Below, piece by piece: positions 63,217 through 64,000 of a stretch of DNA of 64,000 nucleotides. How positions within the stretch are numbered: position 1 is the first letter of the stretch; every line of letters begins with the position of its first letter. The DNA comes from an uncultured Candidatus Saccharibacteria bacterium (GTDB taxonomy: Bacteria > Patescibacteriota > Saccharimonadia > Saccharimonadales > Saccharimonadaceae), in NCBI GenBank assembly GCA_964488555.1, contig CAZAUF010000002.1, forward strand, positions 49,407-113,406, read 5' to 3'. The position numbers were made by a program, and so were the translations under genes. The notes under the pieces were generated by a model that saw only the letters and a list, made by a program, of their open reading frames with translations, had not been told where the DNA came from and did not search any database.

Positions 63217-64000
63217 ATGACTAAGCAAAAGCAGGATCGCCGCGCGAAGACACTTCCGACTAGCCATCCACAGAGGCTAACCGTCCTCATAGCCTCGGCT
63301 TGTACTGGTGTTATCGCGCTTTACTTTTCCATCCTCGCCATCGGCAACTTCCTGTCTCTCTTTGCATATGTTATCTTTTTCTGTAGCTTGGTGGCACCCT
63401 TCATTACAACCCGTCGCATCGGAAAGGGGTATGCAATTGTGACGTTAGCCGTCACATGCGTAATGATATTTATTCTAACTGCCGAAAGCTGGGGTCGAAC
63501 GCTACCAATTTTAGGCGCCCAGTGTCACGGATATATGTACTCGCATCCATTATGTACGTATAGTGCCAAATCGTTTACATGGGCGCTCGGATCCGCCTTA
63601 ATTCCGTGGCTTAGCATCTTATGCACCACATCAACCATGGTACAGATCGTCAATCACCGCAAGGGAGTATTGTTCGATTCTTCTTATTTTAAATTAAAGC
63701 TACACAATCCGTTCGACAAAAAGTTAACAAAACTGCTGTGGACTTATGCTGGTTGGTTATCGATAGTTTTATGGATTGTAATCATCGTCATGGCAAGTTC
63801 TAGCGGATTTTTAGGCAAGCTCTTGCCACCAATGCACACAGAGGACTCCAATTTTGTAGCGAAGTGTATATTGCTCATTCCTATTGCAATTACTTCTTTC
63901 CTGCTTGTGTATAAAATGGATTTTCGTTCATTTACTGTGTCGAATAAGCCCCCCACGCTACGCCTTTGGTTGCGCATATTATCTGGAATACTTGTTACGG
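63217..64000 (+). CDS. hypothetical polytopic membrane protein, partial (runs off the window end)
   Basis: Read by hand from the ATG at 63217 and open to 64000: MTKQKQDRRAKTLPTSHPQRLTVLIASACTGVIALYF... Several hydrophobic helices and visibly AT-rich. Confidence 0.45.
   Translation, partial: MTKQKQDRRAKTLPTSHPQRLTVLIASACTGVIALYFSILAIGNFLSLFAYVIFFCSLVAPFITTRRIGKGYAIVTLAVTCVMIFILTAESWGRTLPILGAQCHGYMYSHPLCTYSAKSFTWALGSALIPWLSILCTTSTMVQIVNHRKGVLFDSSYFKLKLHNPFDKKLTKLLWTYAGWLSIVLWIVIIVMASSSGFLGKLLPPMHTEDSNFVAKCILLIPIAITSFLLVYKMDFRSFTVSNKPPTLRLWLRILSGILVT

Noticed and set aside
1-64000. Searched by eye for CRISPR arrays, IS elements or transposases, integrases, prophage blocks, rRNA, tmRNA, RNase P and SRP RNA, and for stop-codon recoding as in some CPR lineages
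   Set aside because: I saw no repeat-spacer arrays, no transposase- or integrase-like ORFs, and no conserved RNA signature strings. Long ORFs are intact under the standard code, with TGA used as a genuine stop (for example in nrdA and the ZAS-like gene).

Overview
Gene-dense chromosomal segment, roughly balanced GC by eye, with most genes on the minus strand. It is dominated by housekeeping genes. Information processing: pnp, rpsO, truB, rpsT, holA, mutM, dut, polA, dnaG-rpoD plus two further sigma-70 paralogues, argS, groES/groEL with a CIRCE operator, and tRNA-Ser. Nucleotide metabolism: pyrG, nrdA/nrdB, dUTPase, oligoribonuclease, a P-loop kinase and an NDT-like protein. Envelope: uppS, a PMT-type glycosyltransferase, FemX, MurE, an LPXTG protein, proline-rich membrane proteins, two MacB-type ABC systems, MscL and a ZIP transporter. 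Sugar-phosphate metabolism: zwf and PGI/PMI. Tiny intergenic gaps, the absence of biosynthetic operons, a Gram-positive-type envelope and several degenerate metal sites fit a reduced-genome Patescibacteria/CPR organism such as Saccharibacteria; this is inference only. I found no rRNA, CRISPR array, transposase or integrase. The standard genetic code fits, since TGA is used as a stop. The most interesting signals are: (1) NrdR-box-like palindromes upstream of nrdA and also overlapping the promoters of secreted-protein genes in AT-rich islets; (2) an RNR locus with a class Ic-type NrdB, an NrdA with no C-terminal redox cysteines, and an unannotated 57-aa ORF between them that ends in CDGCE; (3) loss of Cys metal ligands in the DnaG zinc ribbon and in a family-4 UDG; (4) three sigma-70 paralogues in 4.6 kb plus an orphan ZAS-type mini anti-sigma; (5) a decayed partial duplicate of tRNA-Ser and several unexplained structured spacers; (6) lysine/alanine/proline-rich basic tails on S20, an ABC ATPase and MscL. 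All functional calls rest on motif recognition by eye. No database search was run.
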